DNA of 64,000 nucleotides from a virus (Duplodnaviria > Caudoviricetes), in IMG/VR virus record IMGVR_UViG_3300029288_000075, positions 32,001 through 96,000 of that record. The stretch is one strand, 5' to 3'. The translations under genes were made by a program, and so were the position numbers. The first letter of the stretch is position 1, and every line of letters begins with the position of its first letter. The notes beneath the pieces were generated by a model that worked only from the letters and a program-made list of their open reading frames with translations, was not told where the DNA came from and searched no databases. Positions 29,020 through 38,635 of the stretch are shown one piece after another.

Positions 29020-31149
29020 ATGAACCAGCCATTGTTCCTGACAGCTATGCCAGATTTCGAAAAGGGAGCTGCCGAAACGGCAATGCCCGAGGATCCCAAT
29101 GCTTGGTCCGACGAGGCACTACAAGCCTTGTACAAGCAAGTTCCTTACCTGTCTGACTTCGACTTGCACGTAGAGATGGCGGCGGTGGATGGTGAGCGAG
29201 GGTACGGGTTGGGGCATGTCAAGGTAACGTCGAAGACAGAGGCGCCGATGATGGCGCCAGCAGACCAGCTGAAGTCTGCCGGCATTCGGGAGAGTCGAAT
29301 TCCCATCATCATCAAGGACAACAAGCTGATGCCCTTGGATCTCATCGTAACGGACGACTCCAAGGTGTTGCCACTTACTGAAGGACGTTTGCGTCAGGCC
29401 ATGTTTCGTCCGCAGAACTTTGACGTTACGTCGAAGACGCCAGGCGACCAGTCGATGATTGGGCAGTTGTATCCTCCGTTTCGACAGAACTATGGATTTG
29501 GCGGGGGAGGCGTGGCGGTCAGTGCAGGCATGGGCGGCAAGACTGCCGCTGTGCACAGCGATCTCGAGGCATGGTTGACTGCAGATGTGACGAAGAAAGA
29601 GGCGTCGAGCGCGACCAAGGGTGCACGTTTCCACAAAGCACAGCAGCTACTCGGTAAGACAGGGTCGGTACTGTCGGCGGTACTCCCTACGGCAAACGTG
29701 TCCGACTTGGACGCCTTCCGTGAGGCACTGGGTGACGCTTCTACGAAAGTAGCGTTTTTTCAGAATGTTGCTGCGTATGGGGCGCTGCAGAAGATTGCGG
29801 AGACTGAGCCACGGTCGATTGCTAAGACTGCGGCCAGGCTTGCTGACGTGCTGCGCCCAAGTGTGGTGCAGTTCATCAGCAATGGTGATGGCACCTACGT
29901 TTGCAAGACAGCGAGCAGGCACAGCTGGGAAGCTCGTGAAGTAGAGGTGTCACGGCAGCTGCTGGTTCAGCACATGGGGTCCAAGCTAGCTGCCGAGGTG
30001 GACAGCGCGGGTTCGGTGACGCTAGCTCCCGAGGGTGCCGCAGCAGTCGCTGAGAGCCCACTGCCAGGGTCTGGCGCAGGTCCTATTTCAGCGCCGGGGA
30101 TGTACCAGGTGCAGACCGCGGAAGGGGAATCCCTGTCGGGGGTGGTCGTCCCGAATCTGCTGGATGTGGACGGTACGGCCCTGCCCATCTCCCTTTTCAT
30201 GGATGGTCAGCACGTGGCGGTGCAGGCAGACATGGTGGGTACCCCCCTCGGGGAGTACTCGGCCCCTGGCAGTCTTCCCGCGGATCAGGCCGCCGGGTAT
30301 GGCGTCTTCTACTTCGAGGCCGGAGGCATACCGGTGGCCACTCTCCCATTGCGTTTGGGAGCCAGCGTGGCGGGTATGGAGGGACAGACGGGTCACTTTA
30401 CGGCAGAAACCTTCGATGGGCGCCTCGTACAGGTCAGCGTGCAACCGTACGTGGCAACAGTGGTCGGTGTGGAAGACCAGATGCTCATCCCGAGCACTTG
30501 GTGCTGGATTCCGCTCGATCAGGCGCAAGAGGTAAGCCTGGCGGAGACTGCAGCGACTGCCCAAAAGGTGGCGTCGTCGGCACAAAGGGCGCTTCAAGTC
30601 ACCGTATTGGCAGGTTCGGCCGACAGTTTCTCGTTGCGGGGGGCTCCGGTAGAGAAGCTGGCGGCGGACGAACGGAACTTCCTCACCCAGGACCAGGCGC
30701 TATTTGTTCTAGTTGGCTGTGGGGCCGACCCCACCAAGTCGTTGAACAAGCTGGCGGAAGCGCTGTCGCTACCCGGCAAGCAGGCGACCCTTGCGGTGCC
30801 GCACACCCTGAAGATGGCAGAGGAGGTGCGGGGCGAGAGCTACCTGAATGCCCAGGAGTACCTGGACAATACCCCGTCATTTCGAGTGCGTTTGTGGAAA
30901 GAGGCGGCTGTCATCCCTGACCCAGTCGCGGTCGATACGGTCCTCAGCTTGGGGTTCCTCAATCCGGAGAACATCACAGCATTCGTTGGTTACCTCCCCA
31001 CGCTGGATGAGGCGCAGCGCCGCATGTGCGAGCTGCTCATTGGCGCAAGGCTTGGTTTGCGGGAGCTGTCTGATGGTGCGCTCGAGCGGGCTATTCGCGC
31101 TGTAGAGGACGTCATCGAGGGACTCAAGGTCATCGCTTTCCAGGGCTAA
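29020..31149 (+). CDS. Large putative head-associated protein, K-x-A rich
   Basis: 16 of 28 Lys fall in K-x-A (manual count); GGAG RBS. Confidence 0.7.
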   Translation: MNQPLFLTAMPDFEKGAAETAMPEDPNAWSDEALQALYKQVPYLSDFDLHVEMAAVDGERGYGLGHVKVTSKTEAPMMAPADQLKSAGIRESRIPIIIKDNKLMPLDLIVTDDSKVLPLTEGRLRQAMFRPQNFDVTSKTPGDQSMIGQLYPPFRQNYGFGGGGVAVSAGMGGKTAAVHSDLEAWLTADVTKKEASSATKGARFHKAQQLLGKTGSVLSAVLPTANVSDLDAFREALGDASTKVAFFQNVAAYGALQKIAETEPRSIAKTAARLADVLRPSVVQFISNGDGTYVCKTASRHSWEAREVEVSRQLLVQHMGSKLAAEVDSAGSVTLAPEGAAAVAESPLPGSGAGPISAPGMYQVQTAEGESLSGVVVPNLLDVDGTALPISLFMDGQHVAVQADMVGTPLGEYSAPGSLPADQAAGYGVFYFEAGGIPVATLPLRLGASVAGMEGQTGHFTAETFDGRLVQVSVQPYVATVVGVEDQMLIPSTWCWIPLDQAQEVSLAETAATAQKVASSAQRALQVTVLAGSADSFSLRGAPVEKLAADERNFLTQDQALFVLVGCGADPTKSLNKLAEALSLPGKQATLAVPHTLKMAEEVRGESYLNAQEYLDNTPSFRVRLWKEAAVIPDPVAVDTVLSLGFLNPENITAFVGYLPTLDEAQRRMCELLIGARLGLRELSDGALERAIRAVEDVIEGLKVIAFQG

Positions 31150-31362
31150 GAAAAAGCGGAGGACCATGTAACAGCGTCGTGTGGCCTTACCAGCCACACG
31201 CCGTTTCCCTTTGATTCGAACTCAGGCGCAAATACATCGCTACATTGGCCGTATTGTCCGGTCTTGTGCATTCATCTGGTTGTATTTATCGACGCAAGAC
31301 AGCCTCCTTGGATTGCGTTAGTGTGCACGTTGTACTTATGCCATGCTCTGGCTAGGAATTTC

Positions 31363-32421
31363 ATGATACGTCGTTCACCCGCAGAGAACTACTACAAGTA
31401 CCTGGTGGTGCACCCTGCCATGTACGACAACGACTACATCAGAAGCGTTTCCCAGGAGTTGGGATTGGATTGGCTTGGAGACTGGTACATCCAATGGTTG
31501 CGTGATCGACTTACGGTGCCAACTCCGTTCTACCCGGCTGACACGGGGCATACGAAGTCTCGGAAGTTCCTTCAGCGGGAGGGGTTGACTACCGCGTTCT
31601 TTCCCACGCCAGCATGGGACTCGGCATTGCGCGTTATGAGCCGGCCTCGCCAGCGTGAGGTAGTAGAAACGCTATTGGTTGCGCACGCACCGCACGAGGC
31701 TATCTGCTACACGCTCAAGGAGCGACACCATGCCACGGTGACTACAAAGGCGATACGGCTATTCAAGCACTACTTTTGGGATGTGGACATTCTGGATAGC
31801 AACGAGTTCCGCACCTTCTTGGATCTGAGGCACCATGGTGCGCTTGATGCGTACACAGACACGGATCGGATGACGCAGCTGGCATCCCGAAAGAGGATGA
31901 GGCACACCGACCCGCGGGTGGTGGCAGCCAAACTCCCACATACGCCGCTGGCAGCGACCATAGCGCAGCTCGAGCTTGGCGTGTTGCCTCATCATATTGA
32001 CTTGTCGGCAGCGTTGGGGGGAGCAATGCAAGTGGCTGCCGTGAGGACGTTGGAGTCTGCTCTTGCTGGGGGCCCGGTGGCGTCGACCATGCTTTCTCAG
32101 TACTCGTCTGCGATGGAGTCATTGAAGCGTGGCTTGGATGCTGTGGTGAATCCTGAGGAGAAGCTACGTAAGGATCTGAAACGAGCAGCGCTGGCTACTA
32201 CTACGCAAAAGGTTCCGCTACTACCGCAGCTTACGGGGGGAAACCACACTACGAACGTGTATCCAGAGCCTAAGGTGGTTACCAAGGTCATGGATGCAGA
32301 GTTTGACGCCGCTGAAGATGATGAAGATGACGAGGCTGACGGCGCAGCAGGGTCAACCGATGAGGGGCAAGAAGAAGACAGCGAGGTTGAAGATGGCGAT
32401 GACACCCAAGACGATAGGTAG
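31363..32421 (+). CDS. Hypothetical helical protein with acidic tail (terminase small subunit candidate)
   Basis: Upstream of TerL; HTH-like middle region; functional call rests on position only. Confidence 0.5.
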   Translation: MIRRSPAENYYKYLVVHPAMYDNDYIRSVSQELGLDWLGDWYIQWLRDRLTVPTPFYPADTGHTKSRKFLQREGLTTAFFPTPAWDSALRVMSRPRQREVVETLLVAHAPHEAICYTLKERHHATVTTKAIRLFKHYFWDVDILDSNEFRTFLDLRHHGALDAYTDTDRMTQLASRKRMRHTDPRVVAAKLPHTPLAATIAQLELGVLPHHIDLSAALGGAMQVAAVRTLESALAGGPVASTMLSQYSSAMESLKRGLDAVVNPEEKLRKDLKRAALATTTQKVPLLPQLTGGNHTTNVYPEPKVVTKVMDAEFDAAEDDEDDEADGAAGSTDEGQEEDSEVEDGDDTQDDR

Positions 32422-32872
32422 AGAAGAGACAGAGGAATTTCGTGGACAGTGGGCTGCCGCTGCCCAGGATGTGGCAGGCGTGTCTGACGCCGTAGTGAAG
32501 TTCAAGCAGGTGGAGTGCTACACCACGTTTCTGGCGGAGTATGCGGCGGTGGATGGTAACGTCATCATCCACTTCTTTCCACCTAGAGAGTCCTTCACGA
32601 TGGTAGGGGGCAAGCCTGTATTGTCTCGGGATTTCATGCATTGGTGGCAGACTAGGTTTCCAGAGCTACTGAGCCCTGCGGCAGAGGAGTATTTCAAGGC
32701 TACGCAGCCTACGCTGCAAGCACAGTACATTCCGGAGATGCAGAGCTGGTGGATGAGAGCTGGCGGTTTTGCTAGACGTTTAGGCGTGTCGGCCTTTGTT
32801 GAGGGCTTCTTTTCTCTGCTTGACCAGCGGATTGATGAGGCTTCCTCTTCTTCGTCGGCGGGGAATAGTTGA
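32393..32872 (+). CDS. Hypothetical protein
   Basis: ATG with GAGG RBS inside the previous gene end. Confidence 0.6.
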   Translation: MAMTPKTIGREETEEFRGQWAAAAQDVAGVSDAVVKFKQVECYTTFLAEYAAVDGNVIIHFFPPRESFTMVGGKPVLSRDFMHWWQTRFPELLSPAAEEYFKATQPTLQAQYIPEMQSWWMRAGGFARRLGVSAFVEGFFSLLDQRIDEASSSSSAGNS

Positions 32873-33140
32873 TCTGCATACGAACGTGCGTTCGCTGCAT
32901 GGATAGGTGCTTTACTGGCCACCTCTCTTTGCGCAGGTACATACGCATGTACTTGCTAGCTACCTTCCATATGGGAGGGGGTATTCGTTGATTCAGTCGA
33001 ATGGTTACGGCAAAGCCGCCGTCCTTCAGAGGGTCTACGGTTGCCTGTTCTCCCCAGTGGGTGTCGGCGGCACGCCGCAAAGATTCCCACAGGCAACGCA
33101 CTGCGGTGTATGGGTCGTTGGTTGGTTTGGGAGGGTACAT
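32772..33140 (-). CDS. Small basic protein, head-to-head with TerL
   Basis: ATG 33140 with AGGAGG upstream; fills the 270-bp gap before TerL. Confidence 0.55.
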   Translation of the reverse strand: MYPPKPTNDPYTAVRCLWESLRRAADTHWGEQATVDPLKDGGFAVTIRLNQRIPPPIWKVASKYMRMYLRKERWPVKHLSMQRTHVRMQINYSPPTKKRKPHQSAGQAEKRSPQQRPTRLNV

Positions 33141-33142
33141 TG

Positions 33143-34987
33143 ATGGCTGCGGCCTCCTCGTACGTGTCTGACTTTTCTGAGCATCCGGATGATGACGGTC
33201 CTGATGGTATGCCACTTACGGACAAGGAGCTAGCACAACTACGCAAGCTCCGCGAGTGGTCACCGGAGGTTCACCAGTACAGTCTGGAGGACTACGGAGT
33301 AAATGATACCGATTTTGAAGATCCGGCGGACGTCGAAGACGACCTGCACATTTTGCCGTCGGCATTCACTGAGTTTGCTTTTCAGATGCCTACGTACTCG
33401 GGATACGAGAACTTCTCGTTCGAGGGCAGGCGTCATTTGCAACACATCTACGACACGCCGAGGCGTCGTCTGCTGCTGCTGTGCGGTCGCCAGGTGGAGA
33501 AATCCACGCTGCTTGGCAACAAGGCCATTGGCCTGAGCTGTCTGATCCCTGCGTACAACACGCTGTACGTTAGCCCATCGGCCACGCAGACCAAGACCTT
33601 CTCGAACGACCGTATCAAGGACCCGATCGAGACCAGCCCGGTGTTGCGTAACTACACCACGCACATGCTCTCGCAGAACATCTTCGAGAAGCAGTTCATC
33701 AATCGGTCCAAGATCACGCTTCGCTACGCGTTTTTGAACGCAGACCGTGTCCGTGGTATTCCGGCAAACCAGCTGCTGATAGATGAGATTCAGCACGTTC
33801 TAGCGGACAATATCCCTGTCATTGAGCAGTGCCTCTTCCATTCTCCGAAGAGGATGAAGAGGTACATCTACTCGGGCACTCCCTTGTCTTTGGACAATGT
33901 GCTTGAGGACTATTGGGCGAACAGGTCCACGCAGAATCAGTGGGTGATTCCTTGCGATTGTACGGGTGGTGACGAAGGCAGGTACTGGAACATCCTTGGT
34001 GAGAAGAACATCGGCAAGAAGCATCTGATTTGTGAGCACTGCGGTAAGCAGTTGTTCCCGATGTGCGACGGGGCCCAATGGGCTAGTACGGTGGCATACG
34101 ATCCCGTCCATACGCCGTTTGAGGGGTACCGTATCCCTCAGTTGATGGTGCCCTGGCTGGACTGGAATGAGCTCCTCTACAACTTCCACCACCACTCCAG
34201 GAACCGGTTTTACAACGAGGCGTTGGGCATCTCGTTTGATAGCGGGCTACGCCCGTTGTCTCGAGCGCAGGTTCGTGCGAATTGCAACCCGCGCGTGTAC
34301 ATGTCCGATGTGGCCAAGTACCAAAAGCTGTCACTGGCGCATCCTGTATTCGCCGGAATCGATTGGGGCACAGGGGAGAACACGTACACGGTCCTCAGCC
34401 TAGGCATGTACGTTGGCAACAAGTTTCGCATCTTCTACATCCACCGGTTTACTGGCGAAGATATCGACGTTGAAGTTCAGCAGGAGAAGATCTTCGAGAC
34501 GCTGCGCGCGTTCAATGTGCGTCTAATAGGGGCGGACTACGGGGGTGGCTATTACCCCAACGACTTCTTGACCAGAAGGTTTGGGCGTGAGCGCGTGTTG
34601 AAGTACCAGTACGTGGCGCGGTTGGCTGCGAAGCTGCGCTGGGAGGCCAAGCTGCAGCGCTACGTGTGTCACCGCACCGAGGTGATGAGCGCGGTATTCA
34701 ATGCCATAAAGCGTGCCAACGTGTTTGAGTTTCCTCGCTGGGAGGAGTTCAAGGATCCGTATGCGTCTGACATGCTCAACATCTTCAGCGAGTACAACGA
34801 ACGTTTGCGCATGACGCAGTACGGGCACACGGCAGGAAAGACAGACGATTCTCTGCATTCCATTCTGCTGTGCTTTCTTGCTTCAATGATAGTGCGTCCA
34901 CGCCCCGATATCATTTCTCCAAATAAGGAGATGGAGCACGCGGGAGCAATCTGGTCCAGTTACTCGGGTCCTGTCGACCAGGGATAA
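33143..34987 (+). CDS. terL: Terminase large subunit (lambda gpA-like ATPase + RNase H-like nuclease)
   Basis: Walker A GRQVEKST, Walker B LLIDEIQ, SGTP, Zn ribbon, AGIDWG, DDSLH. Confidence 0.92.
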   Translation: MAAASSYVSDFSEHPDDDGPDGMPLTDKELAQLRKLREWSPEVHQYSLEDYGVNDTDFEDPADVEDDLHILPSAFTEFAFQMPTYSGYENFSFEGRRHLQHIYDTPRRRLLLLCGRQVEKSTLLGNKAIGLSCLIPAYNTLYVSPSATQTKTFSNDRIKDPIETSPVLRNYTTHMLSQNIFEKQFINRSKITLRYAFLNADRVRGIPANQLLIDEIQHVLADNIPVIEQCLFHSPKRMKRYIYSGTPLSLDNVLEDYWANRSTQNQWVIPCDCTGGDEGRYWNILGEKNIGKKHLICEHCGKQLFPMCDGAQWASTVAYDPVHTPFEGYRIPQLMVPWLDWNELLYNFHHHSRNRFYNEALGISFDSGLRPLSRAQVRANCNPRVYMSDVAKYQKLSLAHPVFAGIDWGTGENTYTVLSLGMYVGNKFRIFYIHRFTGEDIDVEVQQEKIFETLRAFNVRLIGADYGGGYYPNDFLTRRFGRERVLKYQYVARLAAKLRWEAKLQRYVCHRTEVMSAVFNAIKRANVFEFPRWEEFKDPYASDMLNIFSEYNERLRMTQYGHTAGKTDDSLHSILLCFLASMIVRPRPDIISPNKEMEHAGAIWSSYSGPVDQG

Positions 34988-35029
34988 CCCTGGACTTGCC
35001 TCCTAAGTAGTTTTGAGCTACGGTGGGGC

Positions 35030-35671
35030 ATGACACTCACTAAGCGCCCGTGCGTTGTATGCCGCACCTCTTTTTCTCCGACTAGCGCATCTAACGTCTG
35101 CTGCTCTCGTACTTGTGCTCGTGCACTGCGTGGTGACTTCGTCGCTAGGTTCTGGGCTCGCGTTGATAAGAAGGGCGCGGTAGCGCCAGGAATGAAGACT
35201 GCTTGCTGGCTCTGGACAGGGCGCCTGGAGAAAAATGGGTATGCGCGGATCAAGCGAGAGGATTCCAAGCAGCAGGTTTCCGTGCACCGTGCAGCCTGGG
35301 AACTACGCCACGGGGAGGTGCCTGACGGACTGTGCGTTCTGCACAAATGTGATGTTCGACACTGCGTTAGGCATTTGTTTCTTGGCACGCATCAAGCCAA
35401 TACGGCGGACATGCTCAAGAAGGGTAGGGCTAACAAGGCGCAGGGAGAAGCGCACGGGCAGTCCAAGCTAAGTAAAGAGCAGGTGCGCGCAATCCTCATG
35501 GGGTACTACGCCCTTGGTTTTACTCAGGTGGAATTAGCAGAGAAGTACGGGGTTAGTTCGATGCAGGTTAGTAGGATATGTTCCGGCAAACGCTGGAAGA
35601 AGGCTCTGCAAAGTCTGGGTACCTACGAGTTTACGCGACGTGGAAAGCGAGTGACGGTGTCGGCCACGTAG
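35030..35671 (+). CDS. HNH homing endonuclease (Zn finger + HNH + HTH)
   Basis: CVVC..CSRTC, RFWARV, CWLWTG, VLHKCDVRHCVRHLFLGT; paralog of 28486. Confidence 0.9.
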   Translation: MTLTKRPCVVCRTSFSPTSASNVCCSRTCARALRGDFVARFWARVDKKGAVAPGMKTACWLWTGRLEKNGYARIKREDSKQQVSVHRAAWELRHGEVPDGLCVLHKCDVRHCVRHLFLGTHQANTADMLKKGRANKAQGEAHGQSKLSKEQVRAILMGYYALGFTQVELAEKYGVSSMQVSRICSGKRWKKALQSLGTYEFTRRGKRVTVSAT

Positions 35672-35720
35672 CTAAGAAAAAGGAGGGGCTGCCCTCCTTA
35701 TCCGCAATCCGGATTGCGGC
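35671..35720 (-). terminator. Tandem hairpins/terminator between convergent genes
   Basis: CCGCAATCCGGATTGCGG and AAGGAGGG..CCCTCCTT hairpins; minus strand ends TTTTCTTAGC. Confidence 0.65.
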
Positions 35721-35965
35721 TATTTGACAGCCTTCTCTACCTCGTTGTAGAGGACGACCACCGGCCACGCCACTGCAGAAAAGACTACGATACCCAGCAG
35801 CGCAGCCTTAGCGCAGTCTTGGAGACCTTCTGTGGACAACGGGTTGCCTTCCTCTGCGTTGGTGGTGAGCATAGAAACGGCAATAGCTCCGTGCTGCATC
35901 TCACGGTATGCGTTGTAGCCAACAGCAGCACCGATCACCGCGTACGAGACTCCTAGAATTGACAT
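35720..35965 (-). CDS. Small two-TM membrane protein
   Basis: Two hydrophobic segments; GGAGG RBS; GGGATAAG motif upstream. Confidence 0.7.
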   Translation of the reverse strand: MSILGVSYAVIGAAVGYNAYREMQHGAIAVSMLTTNAEEGNPLSTEGLQDCAKAALLGIVVFSAVAWPVVVLYNEVEKAVK

Positions 35966-35978
35966 AGCAGTTCCTCCA

Positions 35979-35994
35979 CTACCTTTCTTATCCC
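35979..35994 (-). promoter_or_regulatory. Putative phage promoter GGGATAAGAAAGGTAG
   Basis: Exact repeat of 16029-16044. Confidence 0.6.
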
Positions 35995-36012
35995 CGATAT
36001 TTGCAGGGACTT

Positions 36013-36729
36013 TCAGATAGTGAAGGTTCGTGGGAACAGGTGGGAGATTACGTCGTCTACGATCTCGCCGTCCATGAAGGTGCGGTTCGCCACATTGGCG
36101 CCTAGTTGGCTGTGCACGTAGAAGTAGGCTACGTTGCGCAGGTTCTTCCTGGCTGCTTCCATGCAGGCATGCGCAAATGCCATGTTGGCTGTTTCTTCTA
36201 CAGCGCTTATGGCATGCAGCTTAGTGGCCAGAAGCAAGTAGTATTGCCAGGGCTCTGCTGTGCTGGCTAGCTGGGCAACGCGACGTAGGTACGTTTCATC
36301 CATCGCCTGGAATATGGAGGCCCACTCGAGTATGGCTCTGGCTTTGAAGGTGATGCGCTTCACATGCAGCGCTTTCTGCACTTTGACATGTAGCCGGTAC
36401 ATGTCTTCCTCGTCGAACGAGAGCACTCGCCCGTCTAGGCCGAGTGTTTTGCACAGGGCCTCGAGGCGGTCCTTCACGGTCCTACTGATTGAGAGCGCCA
36501 GCTCTGCGGTGGACGTGGCATCGCGGGTGGACCTTCTTGCGTGTCCTTCACGGTAAGCCAGTATCTCGTCCTTCTTGTACTTGGAGGATGCGGCAGTGCC
36601 GTTGTCTACGGCAGGGACTATCGCGTTTACGAACACCAGGTGCGACATCCATTTGCGGGAAATGCCCAGTAGGCGCGCGGCGCGGTTGTGCGAGACTAGG
36701 TGCTCTGACCTTCCCATGGGCTGAATCAC
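36013..36729 (-). CDS. HTH (MerR/Xis-like) DNA-binding protein
   Basis: AARLLGISRKWMSHLV...YKKDEI at the N-terminus. Confidence 0.65.
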   Translation of the reverse strand: MIQPMGRSEHLVSHNRAARLLGISRKWMSHLVFVNAIVPAVDNGTAASSKYKKDEILAYREGHARRSTRDATSTAELALSISRTVKDRLEALCKTLGLDGRVLSFDEEDMYRLHVKVQKALHVKRITFKARAILEWASIFQAMDETYLRRVAQLASTAEPWQYYLLLATKLHAISAVEETANMAFAHACMEAARKNLRNVAYFYVHSQLGANVANRTFMDGEIVDDVISHLFPRTFTI

Positions 36730-36764
36730 GTGCTACTTCTTACGAGTGCTTGAAAGGGTTCGTG

Positions 36765-38039
36765 ATGCAAACTTCCCCACTGCAGCTCTTCCTCCAACAG
36801 CGCGAAGCGAGACCGGTGGCAGGGCAGCATCTGGAACATCTAGGTAAGGAAGCTGCCACAAACTGGGTGCTTGGGAAATGCGCTTCTCTACATGAGGCGG
36901 CGGTGAACGTACTTCGTGCGGAGCAGCTGTCTCCCGAGCAGGTACGTAGGGTAGTTGAATTTACCAACCAGAACGCGTATCTGCAGGAGTTCCGTAAGGA
37001 AGGCGACCACAAAGTGGTGCATTTCGATTGTGGACCCGCCGACCCTGCTCAAGTACTGCAAGATTTGAATGATGGTGGTGGGGGTTCGTTGTACGATCAG
37101 GGCAACTTGCACCACCGAGCAATCCCGACACGTACGTCTGCACGAGGAGCATCCATGGACAAGACCGCATCCGCCCAAGACCAAGGGATCCCTGGCCTGC
37201 CCAAATTGACCAGGCTGCCGGGCCTACCCAAGGCAGCGTCTGTACCGGAAGAGGAGCTGTGGGGGTTGTTTCAGACCGATGCGTCTGGCGCGCTTCCCTA
37301 CGCCGAACCGCGGCGTCCGTTGATGGACGTGCGCAGTAAACTTGCCGGAGTGCAGGGAGAGTTAGAGGACGCAGTCAATCAGCTCGAGCTGGACTATCAG
37401 GAGGCTTCGAGCCAGTTGTACCATCAGGTGAAGCAGGCGGCGTTGACGGGGGAGAGTTTGGGTTCGATTGTAGCTGCTTGGGCAACTGTCTCGGAAGCTC
37501 CGGTGTTCACGAAGGCGGCGTTTGCCATGCTCACTCCGCTGTTGCGTCATGACGGCGTATTCCCTTCGTTGGACAGCATTGGGGCGTCTTTGGAGAAGCA
37601 GGCTTCAGGCGTGGTGAATGGTGAGCATCCGCTGGTGCGTGCTTACGCAGATTTCGTGAATACGTTGGGCAAGTTGGCTGCAGCACGGGGGTTGCACCAG
37701 GAGTACCTCGAAGGAGTTGCCCTCACAGAGGAGCTGTTGAAAAACGCGGCAGGGGGTGTGGTAGGTGCCGTGAAAGCAACGGGGAAGGGGATTGACGCGA
37801 TCTCCGGTCCTTTGGCACACGCGCTGGTGGGCCCTGCTGACGCAAAGAAAGTGGCGCCGTCGATAGCCCGCGGGTTGAAGCTCACGGCGGGTGGTGCTGC
37901 GGTACTTGGCACCAACGCGGCCGTGCAGAATGTCACTGACCGCCCAGGCGTGCAGCGCGTGCTGCAGGCAGCTAAGTCCACCGTGCCAGGTACCATGGAG
38001 TACCAAAATCGTCGCTATCGCAACATGACGGGGATGTAA
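36765..38039 (+). CDS. Putative head-associated protein, K-x-A rich, with amphipathic C-terminal module
   Basis: 11 of 19 Lys fall in K-x-A; heads the protease-capsid operon. Confidence 0.7.
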   Translation: MQTSPLQLFLQQREARPVAGQHLEHLGKEAATNWVLGKCASLHEAAVNVLRAEQLSPEQVRRVVEFTNQNAYLQEFRKEGDHKVVHFDCGPADPAQVLQDLNDGGGGSLYDQGNLHHRAIPTRTSARGASMDKTASAQDQGIPGLPKLTRLPGLPKAASVPEEELWGLFQTDASGALPYAEPRRPLMDVRSKLAGVQGELEDAVNQLELDYQEASSQLYHQVKQAALTGESLGSIVAAWATVSEAPVFTKAAFAMLTPLLRHDGVFPSLDSIGASLEKQASGVVNGEHPLVRAYADFVNTLGKLAAARGLHQEYLEGVALTEELLKNAAGGVVGAVKATGKGIDAISGPLAHALVGPADAKKVAPSIARGLKLTAGGAAVLGTNAAVQNVTDRPGVQRVLQAAKSTVPGTMEYQNRRYRNMTGM

Positions 38040-38044
38040 TTACC

Positions 38045-38635
38045 ATGAACCCAGCAGAAGAGTTCTTGACGGAGAAGAAGGCGTTCGGTCTTGGGGCACT
38101 CACGGGAGCAGCCCGCTCTACGGGTAAAGCAATGTCCCCAGCGGCCAAAGCGTTTGGTTCTGCTGCTGCAGTGGGGGCTGGGGCTGCGGCATTTGCTGGG
38201 CTGGCGGGTGGTGCAAGCAAGCTGTACGCAGCGGCCACCAAGACTCGAGACTTCCGCGCCATGCTGGATGCGAATCCAGACTTGCTACAGCATCAGAAAG
38301 CAGACCCGGCAGGGTTCAATCGCATGTACTCTTCGTTGCGCACATTGGCACCGGAGTTTGCTGCGGAACCGCTGGTAGCTGGCTATTACCTACGTCAAGG
38401 TATGGAGGGCCTCATGGAGGGTCGTGGCGGCGTGTCTGTGCAGGCCATGAATGCAAAGCGTCCTGTGCAGACCGGGCCTATGACGGATGCGGCCTTGCAG
38501 GGGTACATGAGGGGCATGGGTTCGAAGAAGGAAGAGGGTCCTCGACCGCAGTTGGTATCGCAGACGCGACATCGATTCGACCCGGAAACTCAGGGGTGGC
38601 AGCAAACTGAGACCACCGAGAATCGGTACGGATGA
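38045..38635 (+). CDS. Gly/Ala-rich putative internal virion protein
   Basis: Short acidic leader ending in KKA, then an amphipathic/hydrophobic helix. Confidence 0.65.
   Translation: MNPAEEFLTEKKAFGLGALTGAARSTGKAMSPAAKAFGSAAAVGAGAAAFAGLAGGASKLYAAATKTRDFRAMLDANPDLLQHQKADPAGFNRMYSSLRTLAPEFAAEPLVAGYYLRQGMEGLMEGRGGVSVQAMNAKRPVQTGPMTDAALQGYMRGMGSKKEEGPRPQLVSQTRHRFDPETQGWQQTETTENRYG

Noticed and set aside
31200-31280. tRNA suggested by GTTCGAATC on the minus strand
   Set aside because: The T-stem pairs only 3 of 5 positions and no acceptor or anticodon arms can be built.
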